A stretch of 64,000 bases of DNA from Deltaproteobacteria bacterium. Its GTDB lineage: Bacteria > Desulfobacterota > Desulfobacteria > Desulfobacterales > B30-G6. This document shows positions 9,854 to 19,646 of the stretch, piece by piece. The translations under genes and the position numbers were made by a program. The stretch spans positions 3,280 to 67,279 of the forward strand of contig JAJDNW010000096.1 of NCBI GenBank assembly GCA_022340465.1. The letters are read 5' to 3'. The notes under the pieces were generated by a model, which worked only from the letters and a program-made list of their open reading frames with translations, did not search any database and was not told the DNA's origin. Positions within the stretch are counted from its first letter, which is position 1; each line of letters begins with the position of its first letter.

Positions 9854-11029
9854 ATGGATAAAAAAGCAGAGGCTTGCAACGACGTTGACAGGTGGAGAAG
9901 CATGCTGTGCATGGCGGCCGTACTGTGCTGTTTTTTGTTTATCATCCCGAACAGTGCGTTGGCGGAGGGCGGAAAGCCGGTGTGGACCCCGGCGGGAGCA
10001 GCCCCCGAGGGTTTCGACTGGATCCAGCTGGCCAACGGCGAATGGTTCAAGGGGGATCTCAAGGTGCTCTACAACGACTCCCTGGAATTCGACAGCGATG
10101 AAGTGGGCCTCTATCAATTCGACTGGGAGGACGTGCAGCAGGTTATCTGCCATCAACCCCAAAGCGTCCGCATCGAGAGCCAGAATACCAAGGAGAAGGA
10201 TCTGTTCAACGCGGGCGGCAATGGCCGGACGGTCGTCGGAATCCTGCGCATAAGAGGGGACAGGGTCTTCGTGGATACCGGAGAGGGGGTCGAGGAATTC
10301 GACCGCAGCAACCTGGTCTCCATTGCACCCGGCAAAGCCAGGGAACTGGACTACTGGGCGGCTAAAATCACCCTCAGCGTCGATATTGCCGCGGGCAACA
10401 GCGAAAAGGAGGATTACAGCGCCAACGCTAACTTCAAACGGCGCACCTCCCTGACTCGCTTCTACCTGGACTATCGCGGCATCTACTCGGAAACCGAAGG
10501 CGTGAAAACGTCGAACAGCCACAGGGCAAACAGCTATTTCGACATCTTCAGCACCCGGCGGTTTTTCTGGCGACCGGTTTTTGCCGAGTATTACCGGGAC
10601 TCTTTCGCCAACATCGCCCACAGGGGAACCATCGGCGCCGGGGCGGGTTACACCATCATCGACACGGCTAAAACCGAGTGGCTCGTTTCCCCCGGAATCG
10701 CCTACATGTTCACCGAGTTCGACTCCGTTCAAGCCGGTGAAGATAAATCCACCTCGACCCCGGCTTTTGTGTTCTCAACCGAATTCGACACCGAGCTGAC
10801 CAACAAAGTCGATTTCAATGCCCTTTACAACTTCAGCGTGGTCAACGAGGAATCGGGGCGCTACACCCACACGGCCAAATCGGGGATAGAAATAGAGCTC
10901 ACCGGCCGTTTGGACCTGGACCTTTCGATCGTCTGGAATCGGATCCAAAAGCCCGAGCCCGCATCCGACGGCAGGGCACCGGAAAAAGACGACTTCTATT
11001 TCTTTTGCGGACTGACGTTCGAACTGTAA
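9854..11029 (+). CDS. DUF481 (YdiY-like) outer-membrane beta-barrel protein
   Basis: 391 aa with a signal peptide '...IIPNSALA'. N-terminal 'WIQLANGEWFKGDLKVLYNDSLEFDSDEVG' repeat-type domain. The C-terminal region has alternating beta-strands and ends in 'GLTFEL', typical of an outer-membrane barrel terminus. Confidence 0.65.
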   Translation: MDKKAEACNDVDRWRSMLCMAAVLCCFLFIIPNSALAEGGKPVWTPAGAAPEGFDWIQLANGEWFKGDLKVLYNDSLEFDSDEVGLYQFDWEDVQQVICHQPQSVRIESQNTKEKDLFNAGGNGRTVVGILRIRGDRVFVDTGEGVEEFDRSNLVSIAPGKARELDYWAAKITLSVDIAAGNSEKEDYSANANFKRRTSLTRFYLDYRGIYSETEGVKTSNSHRANSYFDIFSTRRFFWRPVFAEYYRDSFANIAHRGTIGAGAGYTIIDTAKTEWLVSPGIAYMFTEFDSVQAGEDKSTSTPAFVFSTEFDTELTNKVDFNALYNFSVVNEESGRYTHTAKSGIEIELTGRLDLDLSIVWNRIQKPEPASDGRAPEKDDFYFFCGLTFEL

Positions 11030-11054
11030 GGGCCGCTATCAAAGGCAGACAAAC

Positions 11055-12791
11055 ATGCATTTGCACAAGGTGAACATCATTCTGCTTGCAGCGCTGCTGG
11101 CTTTAATCCCCCTGTGCGCGGGTACGCCGGCATGGTCGGCTGATGAATCCGGCTCATCCGGCGTTGCCAGGCAGAAAATTATCGAGGCCTCTTCCGAGAT
11201 CCCCGATGATGACACCGATCAAATGCTGAAGCGGATCAATGCGAGCTTCAAGCGGCTGAAACGTTATATGAGCCGCCTGAGTGACGCCGGCGCCGAAGAC
11301 CGGGAGGTCCTGCAGCTGCAGATTTACAACGAACGCGTGGCAATTCTGCAAGCGATGCACAGGTTGGCCGATGTCCTTTTGGAGCTGGAAAAAAAAGCGC
11401 CGCAGCCCGAACTGCGACGAGAAATGGAAAGCGCCTTTACACGCATCGTGCCCCAATTCTGGCACCACATCGGTAGACTGCGCAACGACATCGACAAGGC
11501 CCGCGCCCAGCGGAGCGAAGCCGACGTGGAATCGCTGCAGAGCATCGAATACGAAATTGCCAAACTCACGAAACGGCTCGATGTGTTTTTCCGGCTGAGT
11601 TTTGAACACCTTCTCAAAATGGAAACCGTGGGAATGGCGGTGGAGACACCGCGCCGGAAGCTGTCCGTTTTACTGACGGACCGCAGCGATGAACTTACGG
11701 GTAGAATAAAGCTGGCCTTGATGCGTATCGAGGACCTGGAAAAACAGCGCAAGGATCTGCCGGATAGCGCCGCCATTAGCGCTCGCTTGGTTGCAACCCG
11801 CATGGGCCTGAATACCAACGTCGCCAGTCTCCAGGCCACGTTGGATCTGATGGAAAATCTGGACTTGGACACCAGGGCGCCCCGCGCCCTCCTGGTCACA
11901 GCCACCCACGATATCGGGTCCGGCCTGCTGGACACAGGCGTAGCCTTCAACCTGGCCCATCGCACGACGAAGCGTTTCACGGCCTGGATCATCGAAAAAG
12001 GGCCCGGGTACCTGATCAAGGCACTCGCCCTGCTCGCAATTTTGTCGGCCTTCATTTTTGCCTCCCGCGTTATCCGTGCCGGATTGGACAAAGCCCTCAG
12101 GGCCTCCAACCTGAACCTCTCGACCCTGGCCCGCCGAATGCTGATCTCGACGGCATCCAAGCTGGTTGTCATCTTGGGCATCATGGTCATTCTGTCCCAG
12201 ATAGGTATCAGCCTGGGGCCGCTGTTGGCCGGACTCGGTGTGGTAGGCTTTATCGTCGGCTTTGCCCTGCAGGACAGCCTGAGCAATTTTGCGGCGGGCG
12301 TGATGATTCTTCTCTACCGCCCTTACGACGTGGGTGATTTCGTGGACGTGGGCGGCGTTTTCGGCGCGGTGGAGCGAATGAGTCTGGTATCCACCAGTTT
12401 GCTCACCATCGACAACCAAGTGTACATCGTTCCCAACAGCAAAATCTGGGGAGACGTGATAAAAAACGTCACGGCGCAAAAACTCCGCAGGGTGGACATG
12501 GTGTTCGGTATATCCTACCGTGACGACGTGGAAAAAGCCGAAGCGGTCCTGGCGGATATCTTAAAATCCCATGGCAAGGTGCTCGACTACCCGGAATCCA
12601 AGATACGGCTCCACAAGCTCGGCGAGTCGTCCGTCGATTTCGTCGTGCGCCCCTGGGTAAAGGTCGACGACTACTGGGATGTCTACTGGGATATCACCCG
12701 TGCGGTCAAATTGCGCTTTGACGAAGAAAACATTTCCATCCCATTCCCGCAGCGCGATGTGCATCTTTACAACGAAGACAAGGAGAAATAG
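11055..12791 (+). CDS. Mechanosensitive ion channel (MscS family) with a long N-terminal periplasmic coiled-coil domain
   Basis: 578 aa with a signal peptide and a charged helical N-domain. MscS pore and beta-domain signature: 'GFALQDSLSNFAAGVMILLYRPYDVGDFVDVGGVFGAVERMSLVSTSLLTIDNQVYIVPNSKIW'. Confidence 0.85.
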   Translation: MHLHKVNIILLAALLALIPLCAGTPAWSADESGSSGVARQKIIEASSEIPDDDTDQMLKRINASFKRLKRYMSRLSDAGAEDREVLQLQIYNERVAILQAMHRLADVLLELEKKAPQPELRREMESAFTRIVPQFWHHIGRLRNDIDKARAQRSEADVESLQSIEYEIAKLTKRLDVFFRLSFEHLLKMETVGMAVETPRRKLSVLLTDRSDELTGRIKLALMRIEDLEKQRKDLPDSAAISARLVATRMGLNTNVASLQATLDLMENLDLDTRAPRALLVTATHDIGSGLLDTGVAFNLAHRTTKRFTAWIIEKGPGYLIKALALLAILSAFIFASRVIRAGLDKALRASNLNLSTLARRMLISTASKLVVILGIMVILSQIGISLGPLLAGLGVVGFIVGFALQDSLSNFAAGVMILLYRPYDVGDFVDVGGVFGAVERMSLVSTSLLTIDNQVYIVPNSKIWGDVIKNVTAQKLRRVDMVFGISYRDDVEKAEAVLADILKSHGKVLDYPESKIRLHKLGESSVDFVVRPWVKVDDYWDVYWDITRAVKLRFDEENISIPFPQRDVHLYNEDKEK

Positions 12792-13357
12792 GCTCCGCCG
12801 GCACAGTTGCGGCACTGAATCTTTCCTGCTTTGAAAACTTCCCGCTTGTCCCTGACCGTCACGCCGCAAACCTCGCAGACAGCCTTGAACTGCGTCGGAC
12901 CGGGCATATCGCTGAAAGGAACGTCCACGACCACGGCCTGAACTTCGAAAAGCGCGTCCAAAGGCATTTTTTTATAAGCTTCCAGCTGCTGTTTTCTTTT
13001 ATCCTCGATACCGGGAGCGTATTTATCCACGGCATCGCGCGAAGTCTCCCTGGAACGCACCCTGAAGGCCCTGCCCGTATCGAGGTTGACAAAGGTGGCC
13101 GCCATGATGCCGTTGTCCACATATTTCAGGGAGCGCCGCCCCAATTTTACACCCGTGACAAAGGCAATCGCATCGGTGGCGCAGCGGTCGATCTCCACGT
13201 ACACCACCAGGGATTTTATCTGCGGCATCTTCGAGGGCTCGTCCAATCCGATCAGGTTGCAGCCCAGCATGGCCATGCGCACGCCGATGACCTGTCCCGC
13301 ACACAGATGACCGTGGGCTTGGGCCGAGCCTTTCAACAGGGTCTCAAAATCTTCCAT
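12767..13357 (-). CDS. FmdE/FwdE-family protein (formylmethanofuran dehydrogenase subunit E-like) with a C-terminal zinc ribbon
   Basis: 196 aa. Motifs 'HGHLCAGQVIGVRMA' and 'IDRCATDAI', plus a C-terminal 'CEVCG...CRNCAG' ribbon. Its 3-prime end overlaps the convergent MscS gene by 25 bp. Confidence 0.8.
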   Translation of the reverse strand: MEDFETLLKGSAQAHGHLCAGQVIGVRMAMLGCNLIGLDEPSKMPQIKSLVVYVEIDRCATDAIAFVTGVKLGRRSLKYVDNGIMAATFVNLDTGRAFRVRSRETSRDAVDKYAPGIEDKRKQQLEAYKKMPLDALFEVQAVVVDVPFSDMPGPTQFKAVCEVCGVTVRDKREVFKAGKIQCRNCAGGAYFSLSSL

Positions 13358-13417
13358 CGGTTGTTTCCTTCTTCCGCGCTGCGTGTTATTCTTATTGTTA
13401 CATCTTTCAACGTAGGA

Positions 13418-13437
13418 TTATGTTAATCTTAACATAA
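13418..13437. promoter_or_regulatory. Perfect 9-2-9 palindrome TTATGTTAA-TC-TTAACATAA in the FmdE / ModE-like divergent intergenic region (candidate operator)
   Basis: Read directly from the sequence. Each half is the exact reverse complement of the other. It lies 61-80 bp upstream of the FmdE-like start and 44 bp upstream of the regulator ATG. Confidence 0.5.
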
Positions 13438-13480
13438 CTTGGGTCTCAGCAAAAGGACCCTGAAAACGGGGACACACGTC

Positions 13481-13813
13481 ATGACGGCTTATAGAATAAA
13501 ATCAAGCCACTGGATAGTGGATGAAAAGAACCGCATCGTAATGGGTGAAGGCAGACTGGCCATACTGGACCGCATCGAAAGCACGGGCTCCATCAACCAG
13601 GCCGCCAAATCCCTGCGCATGTCCTACAAAACCGCCTGGAGCAAGATCAAGTCCACGGAAGGCCACCTCAAGATCAAAATTGTCGAGACGGACAGAAACA
13701 AGGGCACACGGCTGACCCGGGATGGAAAGGCGCTGCTCGAAAAATACCGCGGGCTCAAAAAGGAATGCGTGGCTGCCGACGACCGGATCTTCAAACGCAT
13801 TTTCGAGCCGTAG
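13481..13813 (+). CDS. ModE N-terminal-domain-like winged-helix transcriptional regulator (no Mop/TOBE domains)
   Basis: 'ILDRIESTGSINQAAKSLRMSYKTAWSKIKSTEGHL...RNKGTRLTRDGKALLEKY' matches the ModE/LysR-type HTH_1 N-domain. I prefer the ATG at 13481 because the TTG at 13439 in the ORF track directly abuts the palindrome. Confidence 0.75.
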   Translation: MTAYRIKSSHWIVDEKNRIVMGEGRLAILDRIESTGSINQAAKSLRMSYKTAWSKIKSTEGHLKIKIVETDRNKGTRLTRDGKALLEKYRGLKKECVAADDRIFKRIFEP

Positions 13814-14172
13814 TCCGGAAACACAAAATTTTTAACGACCCCAAGCTTGTGTAGATTCCCCCGGAAAAGCCCTCAGAAATACGTATACGCATCCGATCAC
13901 CTTGCACCGGAAAAAAGGTTTTCATCGGTCTTGACTTATTAACCAGGCAATTAAGTAGACCAAGGCTTCAGCCCTGAAAAAACAAATCGCCTTATGCCGA
14001 AATTCACTTAACACCTGACACTGGATCACTCGGCCACTTGAACCCTCGGATCCTTGGCCCCTGGTTCATTAAAGCGTATACCGTAACCCAGAGTCTGCGA
14101 CTGTCTGCGGTTAATAATCATTCTCTGCGTCCTCCACCACGCTCTACCGAAGTGGGCCAGAGACATATTCGC

Positions 14173-14214
14173 TAACCCAAATAACCCAGCAAACCCAATA
14201 ACACGCTAACCCGA
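14173..14214. repeat. Short tandem ~9-mer array (NNTAACCCA-like, 4-5 units) directly 3-prime of the HD gene stop
   Basis: 'taacccaaa taacccagc aaacccaat aacacgc taacccga', read directly from the sequence. Confidence 0.5.
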
Positions 14215-14826
14215 CTACCGCCCGCCGTTCAGCGGCGCAGGTCTCTGCCACGGGCCCAAATGTGCACGCAACACCTCCGGCGCAAAATCGATATGAGTAA
14301 ACAAGCGTTTTTCCAGCATCCGTGATTGTTCCCACAAGGACATGATACGCTGCCGGTGTTCCGCTGTCCGGCCATAGCGCTCGACAATGTAGTGCATGCG
14401 CCGTTCCAGCGAGACCACCTCGTCATGCAGAACACGCTTGTCGGCATAGTTGACGATCTGCGCTTCATCGGGGACCTGCAGAAGGTCCCCGGCGGGGATA
14501 TGCACGTGCCGTCCAACGACACGCCCCACTTCAGGGTATCCGCGCTCCTTCAAGAGCTGTTCGCCCGTCAGAGCGTGATTTTCGCCGGTTTCAAAACTTC
14601 TCGTCTTGGTGATGTCGTGCAACAGTGCCGATGCGATGACGAGATGGCGGTCCAACGCGGAGAAACGCCCGTCGAGGCGGTCGGTGAGGCAAAGAGCCAC
14701 CCGGCAAACCTGTTCGGAATGGGACACGATGTGATCGAGCATCCCCATCTCTTCAATCAATTGATAGCACGTCTGGGCTGATGGCACCATTTTCTGCTTC
14801 TCCCTGTCGTTACAAAGGTCTGTCAA
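14215..14826 (-). CDS. HD-domain phosphohydrolase (YqeK-like)
   Basis: 203 aa. Motifs 'HSEQVCRVALCL', 'ASALLHDITK' and 'GRHVHIP' fit the HD superfamily metal ligands. Confidence 0.75.
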   Translation of the reverse strand: MTDLCNDREKQKMVPSAQTCYQLIEEMGMLDHIVSHSEQVCRVALCLTDRLDGRFSALDRHLVIASALLHDITKTRSFETGENHALTGEQLLKERGYPEVGRVVGRHVHIPAGDLLQVPDEAQIVNYADKRVLHDEVVSLERRMHYIVERYGRTAEHRQRIMSLWEQSRMLEKRLFTHIDFAPEVLRAHLGPWQRPAPLNGGR

Positions 14827-15056
14827 TTCCCTAAAAGCGTGACTATATCACAAATATAGCCATCGAGCGAATACACCATTGCAATGCCGGGGCACATGCA
14901 GCCTTGTTTTGACACCATCACTGAATTCATGCTACAAAACCCCCACGCTGCAAACTATGAGGAAAATTGAAGATTCCCAGCAGCATGCTGCAGGGTAGGC
15001 GCTCGTGAACGCGGTTCAACCCGTTACCCAATTTTAACAGAATAAGGAACGCATCC

Positions 15057-16391
15057 ATGGACAAAAGCAAGAAAGCGATCTGGGGCTGGGCCATGTACGA
15101 CTGGGCCAATTCTGCATTTGCATGTACGGTAATGGCCGGCTTCTTTCCGGTTTTCTTCAAACAATACTGGAGCCATGGCGTCGACGTCAACATGAGCACC
15201 GCGCAGCTGGGTATCGGCAACTCCCTGGCAAGCCTGCTGGTAGCACTGATGGCGCCGGTTCTCGGGGCCATCGCCGACAAGGGGTCTTCGAGAAAAAAAT
15301 TCCTGGTTTTCTTCTGCTATTTAGGTGTGCTGATGACCGCCGCGCTCTTCACCGTCAATCAGGGTCAATGGGCGCTGGCGGTATTTTTCTATGCCATGGG
15401 CATCATCGGTTTCTCCGGCTCGAATATTTTTTACGATTCGCTGCTTCCAAGCATAAGCGACGAAAACAATATCGATTTCGTATCCGGCCTGGGGTTTGCC
15501 ATGGGATACCTCGGGGGAGGCCTGCTGTTTCTTATCAATGTGCTCATGACCCTGATGCCGCAAAAATTCGGTCTGCCCGACGCCGGTGCAGCCGTGCGCT
15601 ATTCCTTTATATCCGTGGCTGTTTGGTGGGGAGGTTTCGCGCTGATGACCATTTTCTGGGTCCCTGAGAAGCATACGTCCGCCGCCGCAAAAAAGGGCCT
15701 AAGCCCTATAGCGGAAGGATTTGGTCAACTCGCAGACACCTTTAAAAAAATCAGGCACCTGAAAACCATCATGCTGTTCCTCGTGGCCTACTGGTTCTAC
15801 ATCGACGGCGTGGACACCATCATCCGCATGGCGGTTGATTACGGCATGTCCCTCGGTTTCGACTCCAACGACCTTATCCTGGCCCTGCTCATCACCCAGT
15901 TCGTGGGGTTTCCGTCGGCCATCGTCTTCGGCAAACTCGGCCAGAAGTGGAGCGTTCGGAAATCCATTTACCTGGCCATTGCCATTTATATCGGCGTCAC
16001 CGTCTGGGGCACCATGATGACCCAGAAGCACGAATTCTACATCCTGGCCATTGTCATCGGCCTGGTGCAGGGAGGCATCCAGGCCCTCAGCCGTTCCTAT
16101 TATTCCCGTTTGATCCCTACAGAAAAGGCCGCAGAGTACTATGGCTTCTACAACATGCTGGGAAAATTTGCAGCGATTCTCGGCCCCCTTCTGATCGGGA
16201 TTGTCGGCCTGGCAACGCGACACGCACTGATGCCCCCCGCCCCCACCCCCGAACAGGTCGTTGCCGTGGGAAGAATTGCCTCGCGTTGGGGTATCGGTTC
16301 CATCCTCATCCTGTTTTTCATCGGGGCGTTTCTGCTCCACTTGGTGGACGAGGAAAAGGCCAAAATAGACCTGACGTTTCTATCCGAATAG
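15057..16391 (+). CDS. MFS transporter, UMF1 (Atg22/YxiO-like) family
   Basis: 444 aa with about 12 predicted TM helices. The N-terminus 'KKAIWGWAMYDWANSAFACTVMAGFFPVFFKQYW' is characteristic of UMF1. Confidence 0.85.
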   Translation: MDKSKKAIWGWAMYDWANSAFACTVMAGFFPVFFKQYWSHGVDVNMSTAQLGIGNSLASLLVALMAPVLGAIADKGSSRKKFLVFFCYLGVLMTAALFTVNQGQWALAVFFYAMGIIGFSGSNIFYDSLLPSISDENNIDFVSGLGFAMGYLGGGLLFLINVLMTLMPQKFGLPDAGAAVRYSFISVAVWWGGFALMTIFWVPEKHTSAAAKKGLSPIAEGFGQLADTFKKIRHLKTIMLFLVAYWFYIDGVDTIIRMAVDYGMSLGFDSNDLILALLITQFVGFPSAIVFGKLGQKWSVRKSIYLAIAIYIGVTVWGTMMTQKHEFYILAIVIGLVQGGIQALSRSYYSRLIPTEKAAEYYGFYNMLGKFAAILGPLLIGIVGLATRHALMPPAPTPEQVVAVGRIASRWGIGSILILFFIGAFLLHLVDEEKAKIDLTFLSE

Positions 16392-16466
16392 CCTTATTCG
16401 GGTGTGCGGCAAGGAGCGTCTCCTTCCCGCATCTTTATATCAACCCGGCAATTCGATGGAGTTATC

Positions 16467-19400
16467 ATGAACCCTCTGCGTACCAGGCGCTACCCGTTTT
16501 ATATCAGCATCGCCACCCTGGTGGTGGCCGTCATTGCCTCGCTGTCAGGCGTTTTCCTGTGGATCAGTGACAAGGAAAGCTCGGCAACGGCCATTAGCCT
16601 GGCCGACCGTTTATTTACCGAAGTCAACGACAAGGTGGCGGAGCGATATGAAAATGCGCTGCAATCCGTTTCCATCCTGGCGACTTCGGCCTCGCTAATG
16701 CCCGCCATGACCCGGCGACCGGAAAAAGACGGTCTCTCCCACCCGGGGTTGGCCTTCATGGTCAAGGCGCTGGAGAGCTTCGACTACCTCCTTTCCATGT
16801 ATGCGGGATACGAAGACGGCAGTTTCATACAGGTAACGGCTTCAAGGGGCCATGCCGGCGTCAATGTCAGCTATGGTGCCCCCGAAAACACCTTTTACAT
16901 CATCCGCACCATTTCACCGGACCCGAACGCCGATTTACGCCAATGTTGGACCTACATGGACCGCAACCGGAATCTGATCGCTTCACGCCTGGAACGCGGG
17001 GCCCATTACGACCCACGCCGCCGGCCGTGGTACATCGATGCGGTCAAAGCGGGTGAAACCGTCTACACAGACCCATACATATTCAGCGCCACCAAACTGC
17101 CCGGTATCACCTGCACCAGGCAACTTTTGGATGCCGGTGGCGTTTTCGGCGCCGACATCACCCTGGAACGCTTCTCTGAATCGCTGGCCCGGCAGCGGAT
17201 CTCCGACAACAGCGACATGTTTCTGTTCGACGATTCAGGAAGAGTACTGGCCCACCCGGCTGAAAAAACGATAAAGTCGACAGTCTCCCGCAAGGAGGGG
17301 CTTTCCATCGAAGGCGCCCGTTTTCTCAAAGAGGCGGAAAGCCGTGACGCCGTCCTCAAGGCGGTGATGGCCTCCTACGCCAGCGCTCGGGGTATTCCGG
17401 TCAATAAAACCGAAATGATGACAATCCAAGACCGTCCCTACCTGGTGCGGTTGTCGCCTATGGAGTCATCGCACGGGTTGGAGGAAATTATCGGTAGTGC
17501 GGCCCCGTTGTCGGACTTCAATGGACACATTCGCCGCATGCAGACCAGAATCACCCTGTTTTCGCTGGCAGTGCTGGTAATTGCCCTGCCGGCGGTGCTT
17601 TTTCTGTCGAGACGCCTGGCGGGCTCGATGATGCGCCTGGAAAAGGAAGCTCAGAAGATCCAACAATTCGACTTTTCGGAATCCCCTCCCTTCGACTCGG
17701 CCATCAAAGAGATGCATTCCCTCATCAAGGCCTTCCGGCTGATGAAGGCAACCATACGGCAACGAACGGAAGCGCTGATCGCCACCCAGGGAAAGCTCGA
17801 AAAACTGGTGCAGGGCGGCATCTCCCTTTCCGCCGAACGGAACCTGACCAAACTTCTCGAGCAGATTTTCATCTCCGCCCGCGACCTCGCAAGAGCGGAC
17901 GGCGGTTCGCTCTATCTGCGCGGTGAAGACGATGTGCTTAGGTTCGAGATTATGCAGACCGGTTCGAAAATGGCGCACTACGCGCAAGATCCGGACGGTG
18001 AAGGAATCATGTCGGACATCCCTCTTTACAAACCCGGGACAGGGGCCGAAAACCATATGAACGTCGCGAGTCACGCTGTTCTTTCCGGAGACACCGTTCG
18101 GATCAGCAACATCGGGAATGAGCGCCGTTTCAATCTTTCCAACGAGTACCGTTTCAACGAACTTTCCGGAACCGAGAGCATCAGCTTCATCGCCGTGCCG
18201 CTCAAGACGCGGCAGGGAAAAACCATCGGCGTGCTGCAGCTTTTCAATGCCCGCATGCCGGACACCGAAGCCGTCGTCCCCTTTGAAGGCGAAAGCGTCA
18301 GGTTCGTGGAATCCCTGGCAGCTCAGGCGGCGGTCGCCCTCAACAACCAGCAGCTGCTCGAAGCCCAGCGCAACCTCTTCAATGCGCTGATACAGATGCT
18401 TGCGGGCGCCATTGACGCCAAATCCCCTTACACGGGGGGACATTGCGCCCGCGTTCCCGAGGTGGCCGTCATGTTGGCCGAGGCGGCCAGCATGACCGAA
18501 GACGGCCCTTTTGCAGACTTCAAGATGGATTCCGAAGATGCACGGCGCGAGTTTCACGTGGCGGCCTGGCTGCACGACTGCGGCAAGGTAACCACCCCTG
18601 AATACGTAGTGGACAAGGCCACCAAACTGGAAACCATATACAACCGCATCCACGAAATCCGCACACGCTTTGAAATTCTATGGCGGGATGCGGAGATCGA
18701 CTACTACAAAAAATGCCTGGAAACCGGTGAGAACGAGGCCGATCTGAGGGCCGAAATGGAAAGCGAACAAGAGTGGATCAGGGAGGCGTTCGCCTTTGTA
18801 GCCACCTGCAATATCGGCGGTGAATTCATGGGCGACGAAAAGGTGCAGCGGCTGCAGCAGATCTCCCGCCGCACGTGGCTGCGTCACCTGGACGACCGCC
18901 TGGGCCTTTCCCAGGAGGAAACCGGCAGGATGTCCGCCGAGCCGCCGGAGGATCTCCCGGCAAAAGAATACCTGCTGACCGACAAACGGTTCCACATCAT
19001 ACCACGCGGTATGGCCGACCCCTTCGATGGCAACAGATACGGTTTCAAAATGGACATTCCCCAAAACCTCTACAACCACGGCGAACTGTACAACCTCAGC
19101 ATCCGCAAGGGCACCCTCACCGATGAGGAACGGTTTAAAATCAACGAACATATCATCCAGACCATCATCATGCTCAACAAGCTGCCCTTTCCCGATTACC
19201 TGAGCAGGGTACCCGAGTTTGCCGGAGCCCATCACGAAACCATGATCGGCACGGGATATCCCAAGCGGCTCAGGAAGGAGGAGATGTCCATACCTGCCAG
19301 GATCATGGCCATAGCCGACATCTTCGAAGCCCTGACAGCTGCGGACCGCCCCTACAAAAAGGCCAAAACCCTGAGCGAGGCTTTGCGCATCATGAGTTTC

Positions 19401-19541
19401 ATGCGCAACGACCGGCACATCGACGCCGATCTGTTCGATCTTTTTCTAACCAGCGGCGCCTGCATGCGGTATGCTGAAAAATTTCTGGAGCCGGGGCAGA
19501 TAGACATGGTAGACTTCCGGGATTATCTCCAATCGCCATGA
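16467..19541 (+). CDS. Membrane sensor HD-GYP phosphodiesterase (Cache-like periplasmic domain, HAMP, GAF, HD-GYP)
   Basis: TM, ~330 aa extracytoplasmic domain, TM, then HAMP ('RRLAGSMMRLEKEAQKI'). GAF region ('GGSLYLRGEDDVLRFE...IAVPLKTRQGKTIGVLQLFN'). HD-GYP motifs 'AAWLHDCGKVTTP' and 'HHETMIGTGYPKRL'. I prefer the ATG at 16467 over the GTG at 16404. Confidence 0.85.
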   Translation: MNPLRTRRYPFYISIATLVVAVIASLSGVFLWISDKESSATAISLADRLFTEVNDKVAERYENALQSVSILATSASLMPAMTRRPEKDGLSHPGLAFMVKALESFDYLLSMYAGYEDGSFIQVTASRGHAGVNVSYGAPENTFYIIRTISPDPNADLRQCWTYMDRNRNLIASRLERGAHYDPRRRPWYIDAVKAGETVYTDPYIFSATKLPGITCTRQLLDAGGVFGADITLERFSESLARQRISDNSDMFLFDDSGRVLAHPAEKTIKSTVSRKEGLSIEGARFLKEAESRDAVLKAVMASYASARGIPVNKTEMMTIQDRPYLVRLSPMESSHGLEEIIGSAAPLSDFNGHIRRMQTRITLFSLAVLVIALPAVLFLSRRLAGSMMRLEKEAQKIQQFDFSESPPFDSAIKEMHSLIKAFRLMKATIRQRTEALIATQGKLEKLVQGGISLSAERNLTKLLEQIFISARDLARADGGSLYLRGEDDVLRFEIMQTGSKMAHYAQDPDGEGIMSDIPLYKPGTGAENHMNVASHAVLSGDTVRISNIGNERRFNLSNEYRFNELSGTESISFIAVPLKTRQGKTIGVLQLFNARMPDTEAVVPFEGESVRFVESLAAQAAVALNNQQLLEAQRNLFNALIQMLAGAIDAKSPYTGGHCARVPEVAVMLAEAASMTEDGPFADFKMDSEDARREFHVAAWLHDCGKVTTPEYVVDKATKLETIYNRIHEIRTRFEILWRDAEIDYYKKCLETGENEADLRAEMESEQEWIREAFAFVATCNIGGEFMGDEKVQRLQQISRRTWLRHLDDRLGLSQEETGRMSAEPPEDLPAKEYLLTDKRFHIIPRGMADPFDGNRYGFKMDIPQNLYNHGELYNLSIRKGTLTDEERFKINEHIIQTIIMLNKLPFPDYLSRVPEFAGAHHETMIGTGYPKRLRKEEMSIPARIMAIADIFEALTAADRPYKKAKTLSEALRIMSFMRNDRHIDADLFDLFLTSGACMRYAEKFLEPGQIDMVDFRDYLQSP

Positions 19542-19646
19542 GAAGTCAGCCATCCGGAAAACCGAATTACAATTGGGACTTCTGGCGTAGCAGCGGCTGC
19601 CGGGCCGGTCCGAAGCAGCCTCGAGGATAATGTCACGCTTCATTTT

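Noticed and set aside
8192-10732. Long minus-strand ORFs (8192-9280, 9692-10732) opposite the porin and DUF481 genes
   Set aside because: They are shadow ORFs. The plus-strand products have signal peptides and outer-membrane protein signatures.
16404-16466. Upstream GTG start for the HD-GYP sensor
   Set aside because: It would add 21 residues before the charged-then-hydrophobic N-terminus. The ATG at 16467 gives a standard membrane-anchor N-terminus. This remains uncertain.
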